NCBI RefSeq assembly: GCF_009914755.1
Contig: NC_060925.1
Direction: 5' to 3' (one strand)
Origin: the human T2T-CHM13v2.0 reference genome, Homo sapiens
DNA length: 64,000 nucleotides
Below are positions 1 through 15,600 of the stretch, piece by piece. Under the pieces are notes generated by a model that was given only the letters and a program-made list of their open reading frames with translations, made no database searches and had not been told where the DNA came from. Position 1 is the first letter of the stretch. Each line of letters starts with the position of its first letter. The position numbers were made by a program, and so were the translations under genes.

Positions 1-580
1 CGGATGGAAACGAATGGAATCATCATCGAATGGAAATGAAAGGAGTCATCACCTAATGGAATTGCATGGAATCATCATAAAATGGAATCGAATGGAATCA
101 ACATCAAATGGAATCAAATGGAATCATTGAACGGAATTGAATGGAATCGTCATCGAATGAATTGAATGCAATCATCGAATGGTCTCGAATGGAATCATCT
201 TCAAATGGAATGGAATGGAATCATCGCATAGAATCGAATGGAATTATCATCGAATGGAATCGAATGGAATCAACATCAAACGGAAAAAAACGGAATTATC
301 GAATGGAATCGAAGAGAATCATCGAATGGACCCGAATGGAATCATCTAATGGAATGGAATGGAATAATCCATGGACTCGAATGCAATCATCATCGAATGG
401 AATCGAATGGAATCATCGAATGGACTCGAATGGAATAATCATTGAACGGAATCGAATGGAATCATCATCGGATGGAAATGAATGGAATCATCATCGAATG
501 GAATCGAATAGAATTATGGAATGAAATCCAGTGTGATCATCATCGAATGGACCCGAATGGAATCATCATCCAACGGAAGC

Positions 581-591
581 TAATGGAATCA
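581..591 (+). promoter_or_regulatory. Candidate DUX4-type double-homeodomain site TAATGGAATCA (site 1; recurs once per unit)
   Basis: Fits TAAT-N3-ATCA / TAAYBBAATCA. DUX4 is known to bind HSATII and induce its transcription. Binding at this exact position is inferred. Confidence 0.5.
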
Positions 592-1335
592 ACATCGAAT
601 GAATCAAATGGAAACACCACCGAATTGAAACGAATGGAATTACCATGAAATTGAAATGGATGGACTCATCATCGAATGGATTCGAATGGAATCATCGAAT
701 AAAATTGATTGAAATCATCATCGAATGGAATCGAATGGTATCATTGAATGGAATCGAATGGAATCATCATCAGATGGAAATGAATGGAATCGTCATAGAA
801 TGGAATCGAATGGATTCATTGAATGGAATCAGATGGAATCATCGAATGGACTGGAATGGAATCATTGAATGGACTCGAAAGGGATCATGATTGAATGGAA
901 TTGAATGGAATCATCGAATGGTCTCGATTGGAATCATTATCAAATGGAATCGAATGGAATCACCGAATAGAACCGAATGGAACAATCATCGAATGGACTC
1001 AAATGGAATTATCCTCCAATGGAATCGAATGGAATTATCAAATGCAATCGAATGGAATTATCGAATGCAATCGAATAGAATCATCGAATGGACTCGAATG
1101 GAATCATCGAATGGAATGGAATGGAACAGTCAATGAACTCGAATGGAATCATCATTGAATGGAATCGAATGGAATCATCGAGTGGAATCGAATGGAATTA
1201 TGATCAAATGGAATCGAATGTTATCATCATCAAATGGAATCAAAAATAAACATCATCAATTGGTATTGAATGGAATTGTCATCAAATGGAATTCAAAGGA
1301 ATCATCATCAAATGGAACCGAATGGAATCCTCATT

Positions 1336-2271
1336 GAATGGAAATGAAAGGGGTCATCATCTAATGGAATCGCATGGAATCATCATCAAATGGAATCGAA
1401 TGGAATCATCATCAAATGGAATCTAATGGAATCATTGAACAGAATTGAATGGAATCGTCATCGAATGAATTGAATGCAATCATCGAATGGTCTCGAATGG
1501 AATCATCTTCTAATGGAAAGGAATGGAATCATCGCATAGAATCGAATGGAATTATCATCGAATGGAATCGAATGGTATCAACACCAAACGGAAAAAAACG
1601 GAATTATCGAATGGAATCGAAGAGAATCTTCGAACGGACCCGAATGGAATCATCTAATGGAATGGAATGGAATAATCCATGGACTCGAATGCAATCATCA
1701 TCGAATGGAATCGAATGGAATCATCGAATGGACTCGAATGGAATAATCATTGAACGGAATCGAATGGAATCATCATCGGATGGAAACGAATGGAATCATC
1801 ATCGAATGGAAATGAATGGAGTCATCATCTAACGGAATTGCATGGAATCATCATAAAATGGAATCGAATGGAATCAACATCAAATGGAATCAAATGGAAT
1901 CATTGAACGGAATTGAATGGAATCGTCATCGAATGAATTGACTGCAATCATCGAATGGTCTCGAATGGAATCATCTTCAAATGGAATGGAATGGAATCAT
2001 CGCATAGAATCGAATGGAATTATCATCGAATGGAATCGAATGGAATCAACATCAAACGGAAAAAAACGGAATTATCGAATGGAATCGAAGAGAATCATCG
2101 AATGGACCCGAATGGAATCATCTAATGGAATGGAATGGAATAATCCATGGACTCGAATGCAATCATCATCGAATGGAATCGAATGGAATCATCGAATGGA
2201 CTCGAATGGAATAATCATTGAACGGAAACGAATGGAATCATCATCGGATGGAAATGAATGGAATCATCATC
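1336..2271 (+). repeat. Internal 468-bp tandem duplication within each unit (copy B ~1336-1803, copy A ~1804-2271; example instance)
   Basis: Near-identical ORFs start at 1449 and 1917 (offset 468). Diagnostic B/A differences: ggggtc/ggagtc, aatcgcat/aattgcat, gaacag/gaacgg, ttctaatggaaagg/ttcaaatggaatgg, ggtatcaacacc/ggaatcaacatc, atcttcgaacgg/atcatcgaatgg, ggaaacg/ggaaatg. Confidence 0.93.
1424..1434 (+). promoter_or_regulatory. Candidate DUX4-type site TAATGGAATCA (site 2, in copy B of the 468-bp duplication)
   Basis: Same motif match. The paralogous position in copy A reads CAAATGGAATCA and does not match. Confidence 0.5.
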
Positions 2272-5200
2272 GAATGGAATCGAATAGAATTATGGAATGA
2301 AATCCAGTGTGATCATCATCGAATGGACCCGAATGGAATCATCATCCAACGGAAGCTAATGGAATCAACATCGAATGAATCGAATGGAAACACCATCGAA
2401 TTGAAACGAATGGAATTATCATGAAATTGAAATGGATGGACTCATCATCGAATGGATTCGAATGGAATCATCGAATAAAATTGATTGAAATCATCATCGA
2501 ATTGAATCGAATTGTATCATTGAATGGAATCGAATGGAATCATCATCAGATGGAAATGAATGGAATCGTCATAGAATGGAATCGAATGGATTCATTGAAT
2601 GGAATCAGATGGAATCATCGAATGGACTGGAATGGAATCATTGAATGGACTCGAAAGGGATCATGATTGAATGGAGTTGAATGGAATCATCGAATGGTCT
2701 CGATTGGAATCATTATCAAATGGAATCGAATGGAATCACCGAATAGAATCGAATGGAACAATCATCGAATGGACTCAAATGGAATTATCCTCAAATGGAA
2801 TCGAATGGAATTATCGAATGCAATCGAATGGAATTATCGAATGCAATCGAATAGAATCATCGAATGGACTCGAATGGAATCATCGAATGGAATGGAATGG
2901 AACAGTCAATGAACTCGAATGGAATCATCATTGAATGGAATCGAATGGAATCATCGAGTGGAATCGAATGGAATTATGATCAAATGGAATCGAATGTAAT
3001 CATCATCAAATGGAATCAAAAATAACCATCATCAATTGGTATTGAATGGAATTGTCATCAAATGGAATTCAAAGGAATCATCATCAAATGGAACCGAATG
3101 GAATCCTCATTGAATGGAAATGAAAGGGGTCATCATCTAATGGAATCGCATGGAATCATCATCAAATGGAATCGAATGGAATCATCATCAAATGGAATCT
3201 AATGGAATCATTGAACAGAATTGAATGGAATCGTCATCGAATGAATTGAATGCAATCATCGAATGGTCTCGAATGGAATCATCTTCTAATGGAAAGGAAT
3301 GGAATCATCGCATAGAATCGAATGGAATTATCATCGAATGGAATCGAATGGTATCAACACCAAACGGAAAAAAACGGAATTATCGAATGGAATCGAAGAG
3401 AATCTTCGAACGGACCCGAATGGAATCATCTAATGGAATGGAATGGAATAATCCATGGACTCGAATGCAATCATCATCGAATGGAATCGAATGGAATCAT
3501 CGAATGGACTCGAATGGAATAATCATTGAACGGAATCGATTGGAATCATCATCGGATGGAAACGAATGGAATCATCATCGAATGGAAATGAAAGGAGTCA
3601 TCATCTAATGGAATTGCATGGAATCATCATAAAATGGAATCGAATGGAATCAACATCAAATGGAATCAAATGGAATCATTGAACGGAATTGAATGGAATC
3701 GTCATCGAATGAATTGACTGCAATCATCGAATGGTCTCGAATGGAATCATCTTCAAATGGAATGGAATGGAATCATCGCATAGAATCGAATGGAATTATC
3801 ATCGAATGGAATCGAATGGAATCAACATCAAACGGAAAAAAACGGAATTATCGAATGGAATCGAAGAGAATCATCGAATGGACCCGAATGGAATCATCTA
3901 ATGGAATGGAATGGAATAATCCATGGACTCGAATGCAATCATCATCCAATGGAATCGAATGGAATCATCGAATGGACTCGAATGGAATAATCATTGAACG
4001 GAATCGAATGGAATCATCATCGGATGGAAATGAATGGAATCATCATCGAATGGAATCGAATAGAATTATGGAATGAAATCCAGTGTGATCATCATCGAAT
4101 GGACCCGAATGGAATCATCATCCAACGGAAGCTAATGGAATCAACATCGAATGAATCAAATGGAAACACCACCGAATTGAAACGAATGGAATTACCATGA
4201 AATTGAAATGGATGGACTCATCATCGAATGGATTCGAATGGAATCATCGAATAAAATTGATTGAAATCATCATCGAATGGAATCGAATGGTATCATTGAA
4301 TGGAATCGAATGGAATCATCATCAGATGGAAATGAATGGAATCGTCATAGAATGGAATCGAATGGATTCATTGAATGGAATCAGATGGAATCATCGAATG
4401 GACTGGAATGGAATCATTGAATGGACTCGAAAGGGATCATGATTGAATGGAATTTAATGGAATCATCGAATGGTCTCGATTGGAATCATTATCAAATGGA
4501 ATCGAATGGAATCACCGAATAGAATCGAATGGAACAATCATCGAATGGACTCAAATGGAATTATCCTCAAATGGAATCGAATGGAATTATCAAATGCAAT
4601 CGAATGGAATTATCGAATGCAATCGAATAGAATCATCGAATGGACTCGAATGGAATCATCGAATGGAATGGAATGGAACAGTCAATGAACTCGAATGGAA
4701 TCATCATTGAATGGAATCGAATGGAATCATCAAGTGGAATCGAATGGAATTATGATCAAATAGAATCGAATGTTATCATCATCAAATGGAATCAAAAATA
4801 ACCATCATCAATTGGTATTGAATGGAATTGTCATCAAATAGAATTCAAAGGAATCATCATCAAATGGAACCGAATGGAATCCTCATTGAATGGAAATGAA
4901 AGGGGTCATCATCTAATGGAATCGCATGGAATCATCATCAAATGGAATCGAATGGAATCATCATCAAATGGAATCTAATGGAATCATTGAACAGAATTGA
5001 ATGGAATCGTCATCGAATGAATTGAATGCAATCATCGAATGGTCTCTAATGGAATCATCTTCTAATGGAAAGGAATGGAATCATCGCATAGAATCGAATG
5101 GAATTATCATCGAATGGAATCGAATGGTATCAACACCAAACGGAAAAAAAACGGAATTATCGAATGGAATCGAAGAGAATCTTCGAACGGACCCGAATGG

Positions 5201-8200
5201 AATCATCTAATGGAATGGAATGGAATAATCCATGAACTCGAATGCAATCATCATCGAATGGAATCGAATGGAATCATCGAATGGACTCGAATGGAATAAT
5301 CATTGAACGGAATCGAATGGAATCATCATCGGATGGAAACGAATGGAATCATCATCGAATGGAAATGAAAGGAGTCATCATCTAATGGAATTGCATGGAA
5401 TCATCATAAAATGGAATCGAATGGAATCAACATCAAATGGAATCAAATGGAATCATTGAACGGAATTGAATGGAATCGTCATCGAATGAATTGACTGCAA
5501 TCATCGAATGGTCTCGAATGGAATCATCTTCAAATGGAATGGAATGGAATCATCGCATAGAATCGAATGGAATTATCATCGAATGGAATCGAATGGAATC
5601 AACATCCAACGGAAAAAAACGGAATTATCGAATGGAATCGAAGAGAATCATCGAATGGACCCGAATGGAATCATCTAATGGAATGGAATTGAATAATCGA
5701 TGGACTCGAATGCAATCATCATCGAATGGAATCGAATGGAATCATCGAATGGACTCGAATGGAATAATCATTGAACGGAATCGAATGGAATCATCATCGG
5801 ATGGAAATGAATGGAATCATCATCGAATGGAATCGAATAGAATTATGGAATGAAATCCACTGTGATCATCATCGAATGGACCCGAATGGAATCATCATCC
5901 AACGGAAGCTAATGGAATCAACATCGAATGAATCAAATGGAAACACCATCGAATTGAAACGAATGGAATTATCATGAAATTGAAATGGATGGACTCATCA
6001 TCGAATGGATTCGAATGGAATCATCGAATAAAATTGATTGAAATCATCATCGAATGGAATCGAATGGTATCATTGAATGGAATCGAATGGAATCATCATC
6101 AGATGGAAATGAATGGAATCGTCATAGAATGGAATCGAATGGATTCATTGAATGGAATCAGATGGAATCATCGAATGGACTGGAATGGAATCATTGAATG
6201 GACTCGAAAGGGATCATGATTGAATGGAATTGAATGGAATCATCGAATGGTCTCGATTGGAATCATTATCAAATGGAATCGAATGGAATCACCGAATAGA
6301 ATCGAATGGAACAATCATCGAATGGACTCAAATGGAATTATCCTCAAATGGAATCGAATGGAATTATCAAATGCAATCGAATGGAATTATCGAATGCAAT
6401 CGAATAGAATCATCGAATGGACTCGAATGGAATCATCGAATGGAATGGAATGGAACAGTCAATGAACTCGAATGGAATCATCATTGAATGGAATCGAATG
6501 GAATCATCGAGTGGAATCGAATGGAATTATGATCAAATGGAATCGAATGTTATCATCATCAAATGGAATCAAAAATAACCATCATCAATTGGTATTGAAT
6601 GGAATTGTCATCAAATGGAATTCAAAGGAATCATCATCAAATGGAACCGAATGGAATCCTCATTGAATGGAAATGAAAGGGGTCATCATCTAATGGAATC
6701 GCATGGAATCATCATCAAATGGAATCGAATGGAATCATCATCAAATGGAATCTAATGGAATCATTGAACAGAATTGAATGGAATCGTCATCGAATGAATT
6801 GAATGCAATCATCGAATGGTCTCTAATGGAATCATCTTCTAATGGAAAGGAATGGAATCATCGCATAGAATCGAATGGAATTATCATCGAATGGAATCGA
6901 ATGGTATCAACACCAAACGGAAAAAAACGGAATTATCGAATGGAATCGAAGAGAATCTTCGAACGGACCCGAATGGAATCATCTAATGGAATGGAATGGA
7001 ATAATCCATGAACTCGAATGCAATCATCATCGAATGGAATCGAATGGAATCATCGAATGGACTCGAATGGAATAATCATTGAACGGAATCGAATGGAATC
7101 ATCATCGGATGGAAACGAATGGAATCATCATCGAATGGAAATGAAAGGAGTCATCATCTAATGGAATTGCATGGAGTCATCATAAAATGGAATCGAATGG
7201 AATCAACATCAAATGGAATCAAATGGAATCATTGAACGGAATTGAATGGAATCGTCATCGAATGAATTGAATGCAATCATCGAATGGTCTCGAATGGAAT
7301 CATCTTCAAATGGAATGGAATGGAATCATCGCATAGAATCGAATGGAATTATCATCGAATGGAATCGAATGGAATCAACATCAAACGGAAAAAAACGGAA
7401 TTATCGAATGGAATCGAAGAGAATCATCGAATGGACCCGAATGGAATCATCTAATGGAATGGAATGGAATAATCCATGGACTCGAATGCAATCATCATCC
7501 AATGGAATCGAATGGAATCATCGAATGGACTCGAATGGAATAATCATTGAACGGAATCGAATGGAATCATCATCGGATGGAAATGAATGGAATCATCATC
7601 GAATGGAATCGAATAGAATTATGGAATGAAATCCAGTGTGATCATCATCGAATGGACCCGAATGGAATCATCATCCAACGGAAGCTAATGGAATCAACAT
7701 CGAATGAATCGAATGGAAACACCATCGAATTGAAACGAATGGAATTATCATGAAATTGAAATGGATGGACTCATCATCGAATGGATTCGAATGGAATCAT
7801 CGAATAAAATTGATTGAAATCATCATCGAATGGAATCGAATGGTATCATTGAATGGAATCGAATGGAATCATCATCAGATGGAAATGAATGGAATCGTCA
7901 TAGAATGGAATCGAATGGATTCATTGAATGGAATCAGATGGAATCATCGAATGGACTGGAATGGAATCATTGAATGGACTCGAAAGGGATCATGATTGAA
8001 TGGAATTGAATGGAATCATCGAATGGTCTCGATTGGAATCATTATCAAATGGAATCGAATGGAATCACCGAATAGAATCGAATGGAACAATCATCGAATG
8101 GACTCAAATGGAATTATCCTCCAATGGAATCGAATGGAATTATCGAATGCAATCGAATGGAATTATCGAATGCAATCGAATAGAATCATCGAATGGACTC

Positions 8201-11200
8201 GAATGGAATCATCGAATGGAATGGAATGGAACAGTCAATGAACTCGAATGGAATCATCATTGAATGGAATCGAATGGAATCATCGAGTGGAATCGAATGG
8301 AATTATGATCAAATGGAATCGAATGTAATCATCATCAAATGGAATCAAAAATAACCATCATCAATTGGTATTGAATGGAATTGTCATCAAATGGAATTCA
8401 AAGGAATCATCATCAAATGGAACCGAATGGAATCCTCATTGAATGGAAATGAAAGGGGTCATCATCTAATGGAATCGCATGGAATCATCATCAAATGGAA
8501 TCGAATGGAATCATCATCAAATGGAATCTAATGGAATCATTGAACAGAATTGAATGGAATCGTCATCGAATGAATTGAATGCAATCATCGAATGGTCTCG
8601 AATGGAATCATCTTCTAATGGAAAGGAATGGAATCATCGCATAGAATCGAATGGAATTATCATCGAATGGAATCGAATGGTATCAACACCAAACGGAAAA
8701 AAACGGAATTATCGAATGGAATCGAAGAGAATCTTCGAACGGACCCGAATGGAATCATCTAATGGAATGGAATGGAATAATCCATGAACTCGAATGCAAT
8801 CATCATCGAATGGAATCGAATGGAATCATCGAATGGACTCGAATGGAATAATCATTGAACGGAATCGAATGGAATCATCATCGGATGGAAACGAATGGAA
8901 TCATCATCGAATGGAAATGAAAGGAGTCATCATCTAATGGAATTGCATGGAATCATCATAAAATGGAATCGAATGGAATCAACATCAAATGGAATCAAAT
9001 GGAATCATTGAACGGAATTGAATGGAATCGTCATCGAATGAATTGAATGCAATCATCGAATGGTCTCGAATGGAATCATCTTCAAATGGAATGGAATGGA
9101 ATCATCGCATAGAATCGAATGGAATTATCATCGAATGGAATCGAATGGAATCAACATCAAACGGAAAAAAACGGAATTATCGAATGGAATCGAAGAGAAT
9201 CATCGAATGGACCCGAATGGAATCATCTAATGGAATGGAATGGAATAATCCATGGACTCGAATGCAATCATCATCCAATGGAATCGAATGGAATCATCGA
9301 ATGGACTCGAATGGAATAATCATTGAATGGAATCGAATGGAATCATCATCGGATGGAAATGAATGGAATCATCATCGAATGGAATCGAATAGAATTATGG
9401 AATGAAATCCAGTGTGATCATCATCGAATGGACCCGAATGGAATCATCATCCAACGGAAGCTAATGGAATCAACATCGAATGAATCGAATGGAAACACCA
9501 TCGAATTGAAACGAATGGAATTATCATGAAATTGAAATGGATGGACTCATCATCGAATGGATTCGAATGGAATCATCGAATAAAATTGATTGAAATCATC
9601 ATCGAATGGAATCGAATGGTATCATTGAATGGAATCGAATGGAATCATCATCAGATGGAAATGAATGGAATCGTCATAGAATGGAATCGAATGGATTCAT
9701 TGAATGGAATCAGATGGAATCATCGAATGGACTGGAATGGAATCATTGAATGGACTCGAAAGGGATCATTATTGAATGGAATTGAATGGAATCATCGAAT
9801 GGTCTCGATTGGAATCATTATCAAATGGAATCGAATGGAATCACCGAATAGAATCGAATGGAACAATCATCGAATGGACTCAAATGGAATTATCCTCCAA
9901 TGGAATCGAATGGAATTATCGAATGCAATCGAATGGAATTATCGAATGCAATCGAATAGAATCATCGAATGGACTCGAATGGAATCATCGAATGGAATGG
10001 AATGGAACAGTCAATGAACTCGAATGGAATCATCATTGAATGGAATCGAATGGAATCATCGAGTGGAATCGAATGGAATTATGATCAAATGGAATCGAAT
10101 GTAATCATCATCAAATGGAATCAAAAATAACCATCATCAATTGGTATTGAATGGAATTGTCATCAAATGGAATTCAAAGGAATCATCATCAAATGGAACC
10201 GAATGGAATCCTCATTGAATGGAAATGAAAGGGGTCATCATCTAATGGAATCGCATGGAATCATCATCAAATGGAATCGAATGGAATCATCATCAAATGG
10301 AATCTAATGGAATCATTGAACAGAATTGAATGGAATCGTCATCGAATGAATTGAATGCAATCATCGAATGGTCTCGAATGGAATCATCTTCTAATGGAAA
10401 GGAATGGAATCATCGCATAGAATCGAATGGAATTATCATCGAATGGAATCGAATGGTATCAACACCAAACGGAAAAAAACGGAATTATCGAATGGAATCG
10501 AAGAGAATCTTCGAACGGACCCGAATGGAATCATCTAATGGAATGGAATGGAATAATCCATGAACACGAATGCAATCATCATCGAATGGAATCGAATGGA
10601 ATCATCGAATGGACTCGAATGGAATAATCATTGAACGGAATCGAATGGAATCATCATCGGATGGAAACGAATGGAATCATCATCGAATGGAAATGAAAGG
10701 AGTCATCATCTAATGGAATTGCATGGAATCATCATAAAATGGAATCGAATGGAATCAACATCAAATGGAATCAAATGGAATCATTGAACGGAATTGAATG
10801 GAATCGTCATCGAATGAATTGACTGCAATCATCCAATGGTCTCGAATGGAATCATCTTCAAATGGAATGGAATGGAATCATCGCATAGAATCGAATGGAA
10901 TTATCATCGAATGGAATCGAATGGAATCAACATCAAACGGAAAAAAACGGAATTATCGAATGGAATCGAAGAGAATCATCGAATGGCCCCGAATGGAATC
11001 ATCTAATGGAATGGAATTGAATAATCGATGGACTCGAATGCAATCATCATCGAATGGAATCGAATCGAATCATCGAATGGACTCGAATGGAATAATCATT
11101 GAATGGAATCGAATGGAATCATCATCGGATGGAAATGAATGGAATCATCATCGAATGGAATCGAATAGAATTATGGAATGAAATCCAGTGTGATCATCAT

Positions 11201-12611
11201 CGAATGGACCCGAATGGAATCATCATCCAACGGAAGCTAATGGAATCAACATCGAATGAATCAAATGGAAACACCATCGAATTGAAACGAATGGAATTAT
11301 CATGAAATTGAAATGGATGGACTCATCATCGAATGGATTCGAATGGAATCATCGAATAAAATTGATTGAAATCATCATCGAATGGAATCGAATGGTATCA
11401 TTGAATGGAATCGAATGGAATCATCATCAGATGGAAATGAATGGAATCGTCATAGAATGGAATCGAATGGATTCATTGAATGGAATCAGATGGAATCATC
11501 GAATGGACTGGAATGGAATCATTGAATGGACTCGAAAGGGATCATAATTGAATGGAATTGAATGGAATCATCGAATGGTCTCGATTGGAATCATTATCAA
11601 ATGGAATCGAATGGAATCACCGAATAGAATCGAATGGAACAATCATCGAATGGACTCAAATGGAATTATCCTCAAATGGAATCGAATGGAATTATCAAAT
11701 GCAATCGAATGGAATTATCGAATGCAATCGAATAGAATCATCGAATGGACTCGAATGGAATCATCGAATGGAATGGAATGGAACAGTCAATGAACTCGAA
11801 TGGAATCATCATTGAATGGAATCGAATGGAATCATCGAGTGGAATCGAATGGAATTATGATCAAATGGAATCGAATGTTATCATCATCAAATGGAATCAA
11901 AAATAACCATCATCAATTGGTATTGAATGGAATTGTCATCAAATGGAATTCAAAGGAATCATCATCAAATGGAACCGAATGGAATCCTCATTGAATGGAA
12001 ATGAAAGGGGTCATCATCTAATGGAATCGCATGGAATCATCATCAAATGGAATCGAATGGAATCATCATCAAATGGAATCTAATGGAATCATTGAACAGA
12101 ATTGAATGGAATCGTCATCGAATGAATTGTATGCAATCATCGAATGGTCTCGAATGGAATCATCTTCTAATGGAAAGGAATGGAATCATCGCATAGAATC
12201 GAATGGAATTATCATCGAATGGAATCGAATGGTATCAACACCAAACGGAAAAAAAACGGAATTATCGAATGGAATCGAAGAGAATCTTCGAACGGACCCG
12301 AATGGAATCATCTAATGGAATGGAATGGAATAATCCATGAACTCGAATGCAATCATCATCGAATGGAATCGAATGGAATCATCGAATGGACTCGAATGGA
12401 ATAATCATTGAACGGAATCGAATGGAATCATCATCGGATGGAAACGAATGGAATCATCATCGAATGGAAATGAAAGGAGTCATCATCTAATGGAATTGCA
12501 TGGAATCATCATAAAATGGAATCGAATGGAATCAACATCAAATGGAATCAAATGGAATCATTGAACGGAATTGAATGGAATCGTCATCGAATGAATTGAC
12601 TGCAATCATCC

Positions 12612-15600
12612 AATGGTCTCGAATGGAATCATCTTCAAATGGAATGGAATGGAATCATCGCATAGAATCGAATGGAATTATCATCGAATGGAATCGAATG
12701 GAATCAACATCAAACGGAAAAAAACGGAATTATCGAATGGAATCGAAGAGAATCATCGAATGGACCCGAATGGAATCATCTAATGGAATGGAATGGAATA
12801 ATCCATGGACTCGAATGCAATCATCATCGAATGGAATCGAATGGAATCATCGAATGGACTCGAATGGAATAATCATTGAACGGAATCGAATGGAATCATC
12901 ATCGGATGGATATGAATGGAATCATCATCGAATGGAATCGAATAGAATTATGGAATGAAATCCAGTGTGATCATCATCGAATGGACCCGAATGGAATCAT
13001 CATCCAACGGAAGCTAATGGAATCAACATCGAATGAATCAAATGGAAACACCATCGAATTGAAACGAATGGAATTATCATGAAATTGAAATGGATGGACT
13101 CATCATCGAATGGATTCGAATGGAATCATCGAATAAAATTGATTGAAATCATCATCCAATGGAATCGAATGGTATCAGTGAATGGAATCGAATGGAATCA
13201 TCATTACATGGAAATGAATGGAATCGTCATAGAATGGAATCGAATGGATTCATTGAATGGAATCAGATGGAATCATCGAATGGACTGGAATGGAATCATT
13301 GAATGGACTCGAAAGGGATCATTATTGAATGGAATTGAATGGAATCATCGAATGGTCTCGATTGGAATCATTATCAAATGGAATCGAATGGAATCACCGA
13401 ATAGAATCGAATGGAACAATCATCGAATGGACTCAAATGGAATTATCCTCCAATGGAATCGAATGGAATTATCGAATGCAATCGAATGGAATTATCGAAT
13501 GCAATCGAATAGAATCATCGAATGGACTCGAATGGAATCATCGAATGGAATGGAATGGAACAGTCAATGAACTCGAATGGAATCATCATTGAATGGAATC
13601 GAATGGAATCATCGAGTGGAATCGAATGGAATTATGATCAAATGGAATCGAATGTAATCATCATCAAATGGAATCAAAAATAACCATCATCAATTGGTAT
13701 TGAATGGAATTGTCATCAAATGGAATTCAAAGGAATCATCATCAAATGGAACCGAATGGAATCCTCATTGAATGGAAATGAAAGGGGTCATCATCTAATG
13801 GAATCGCATGGAATCATCATCAAATGGAATCGAATGGAATCATCATCAAATGGAATCTAATGGAATCATTGAACAGAATTGAATGGAATCGTCATCGAAT
13901 GAATTGAATGCAATCATCGAATGGTCTCGAATGGAATCATCTTCTAATGGAAAGGAATGGAATCATCGCATAGAATCGAATGGAATTATCATCGAATGGA
14001 ATCGAATGGTATCAACACCAAACGGAAAAAAACGGAATTATCGAATGGAATCGAAGAGAATCTTCGAACGGACCCGAATGGAATCATCTAATGGAATGGA
14101 ATGGAATAATCCATGGACTCGAATGCAATCATCATCGAATGGAATCGAATGGAATCATCGAATGGACTCGAATGGAATAATCATTGAACGGAATCGAATG
14201 GAATCATCATCGGATGGAAACGAATGGAATCATCATCGAATGGAAATGAAAGGAGTCATCATCTAATGGAATTGCATGGAATCATCATAAAATGGAATCG
14301 AATGGAATCAACATCAAATGGAATCAAATGGAATCATTGAACGGAATTGAATGGAATCGTCATCGAATGAATTGAATGCAATCATCGAATGGTCTCGAAT
14401 GGAATCATCTTCAAATGGAATGGAATGGAATCATCGCATAGAATCGAATGGAATTATCATCGAATGGAATCGAATGGAATCAACATCAAACGGAAAAAAA
14501 CGGAATTATCGAATGGAATCGAAGAGAATCATCGAATGGACCCGAATGGAATCATCTAATGGAATGGAATGGAATAATCCATGGACTCGAATGCAATCAT
14601 CATCCAATGGAATCGAATGGAATCATCGAATGGACTCGAATGGAATAATCATTGAACGGAATCGAATGGAATCATCATCGGATGGAAATGAATGGAATCA
14701 TCATCGAATGGAATCGAATAGAATTATGGAATGAAATCCAGTGTGATCATCATCGAATGGACCCGAATGGAATCATCATCCAACGGAAGCTAATGGAATC
14801 AACATCGAATGAATCGAATGGAAACACCATCGAATTGAAACGAATGGAATTATCATGAAATTGAAATGGATGGACTCATCATCGAATGGATTCGAATGGA
14901 ATCATCGAATAAAATTGATTGAAATCATCATCGAATGGAATCGAATGGTATCATTGAATGGAATCGAATGGAATCATCATCAGATGGAAATGAATGGAAT
15001 CGTCATAGAATGGAATCGAATGGATTCATTGAATGGAATCAGATGGAATCATCGAATGGACTGGAATGGAATCATTGAATGGACTCGAAAGGGATCATGA
15101 TTGAATGGAATTGAATGGAATCATCGAATGGTCTCGATTGGAATCATTATCAAATGGAATCGAATGGAATCACCGAATAGAATCGAATGGAACAATCATC
15201 GAATGGACTCAAATGGAATTATCCTCCAATGGAATCGAATGGAATTATCGAATGCAATCGAATGGAATTATCGAATGCAATCGAATAGAATCATCGAATG
15301 GACTCGAATGGAATCATCGAATGGAATGGAATGGAACAGTCAATGAACTCGAATGGAATCATCATTGAATGGAATCGAATGGAATCATCGAGTGGAATCG
15401 AATGGAATTATGATCAAATGGAATCGAATGTAATCATCATCAAATGGAATCAAAAATAACCATCATCAATTGGTATTGAATGGAATTGTCATCAAATGGA
15501 ATTCAAAGGAATCATCATCAAATGGAACCGAATGGAATCCTCATTGAATGGAAATGAAAGGGGTCATCATCTAATGGAATCGCATGGAATCATCATCAAA

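Noticed and set aside
346-365. GGAATG (TEAD/MCAT) and nGAAn (HSF) motif matches
   Set aside because: These are inevitable in any GGAAT-derived satellite. There are no inverted nGAAn triplets and nothing specific to this window to support function.
698-703. AATAAA once per unit as a polyadenylation signal
   Set aside because: It is a simple derivative of GAATGGAA in an A-rich strand, with no downstream GU-rich element and no transcript evidence available.
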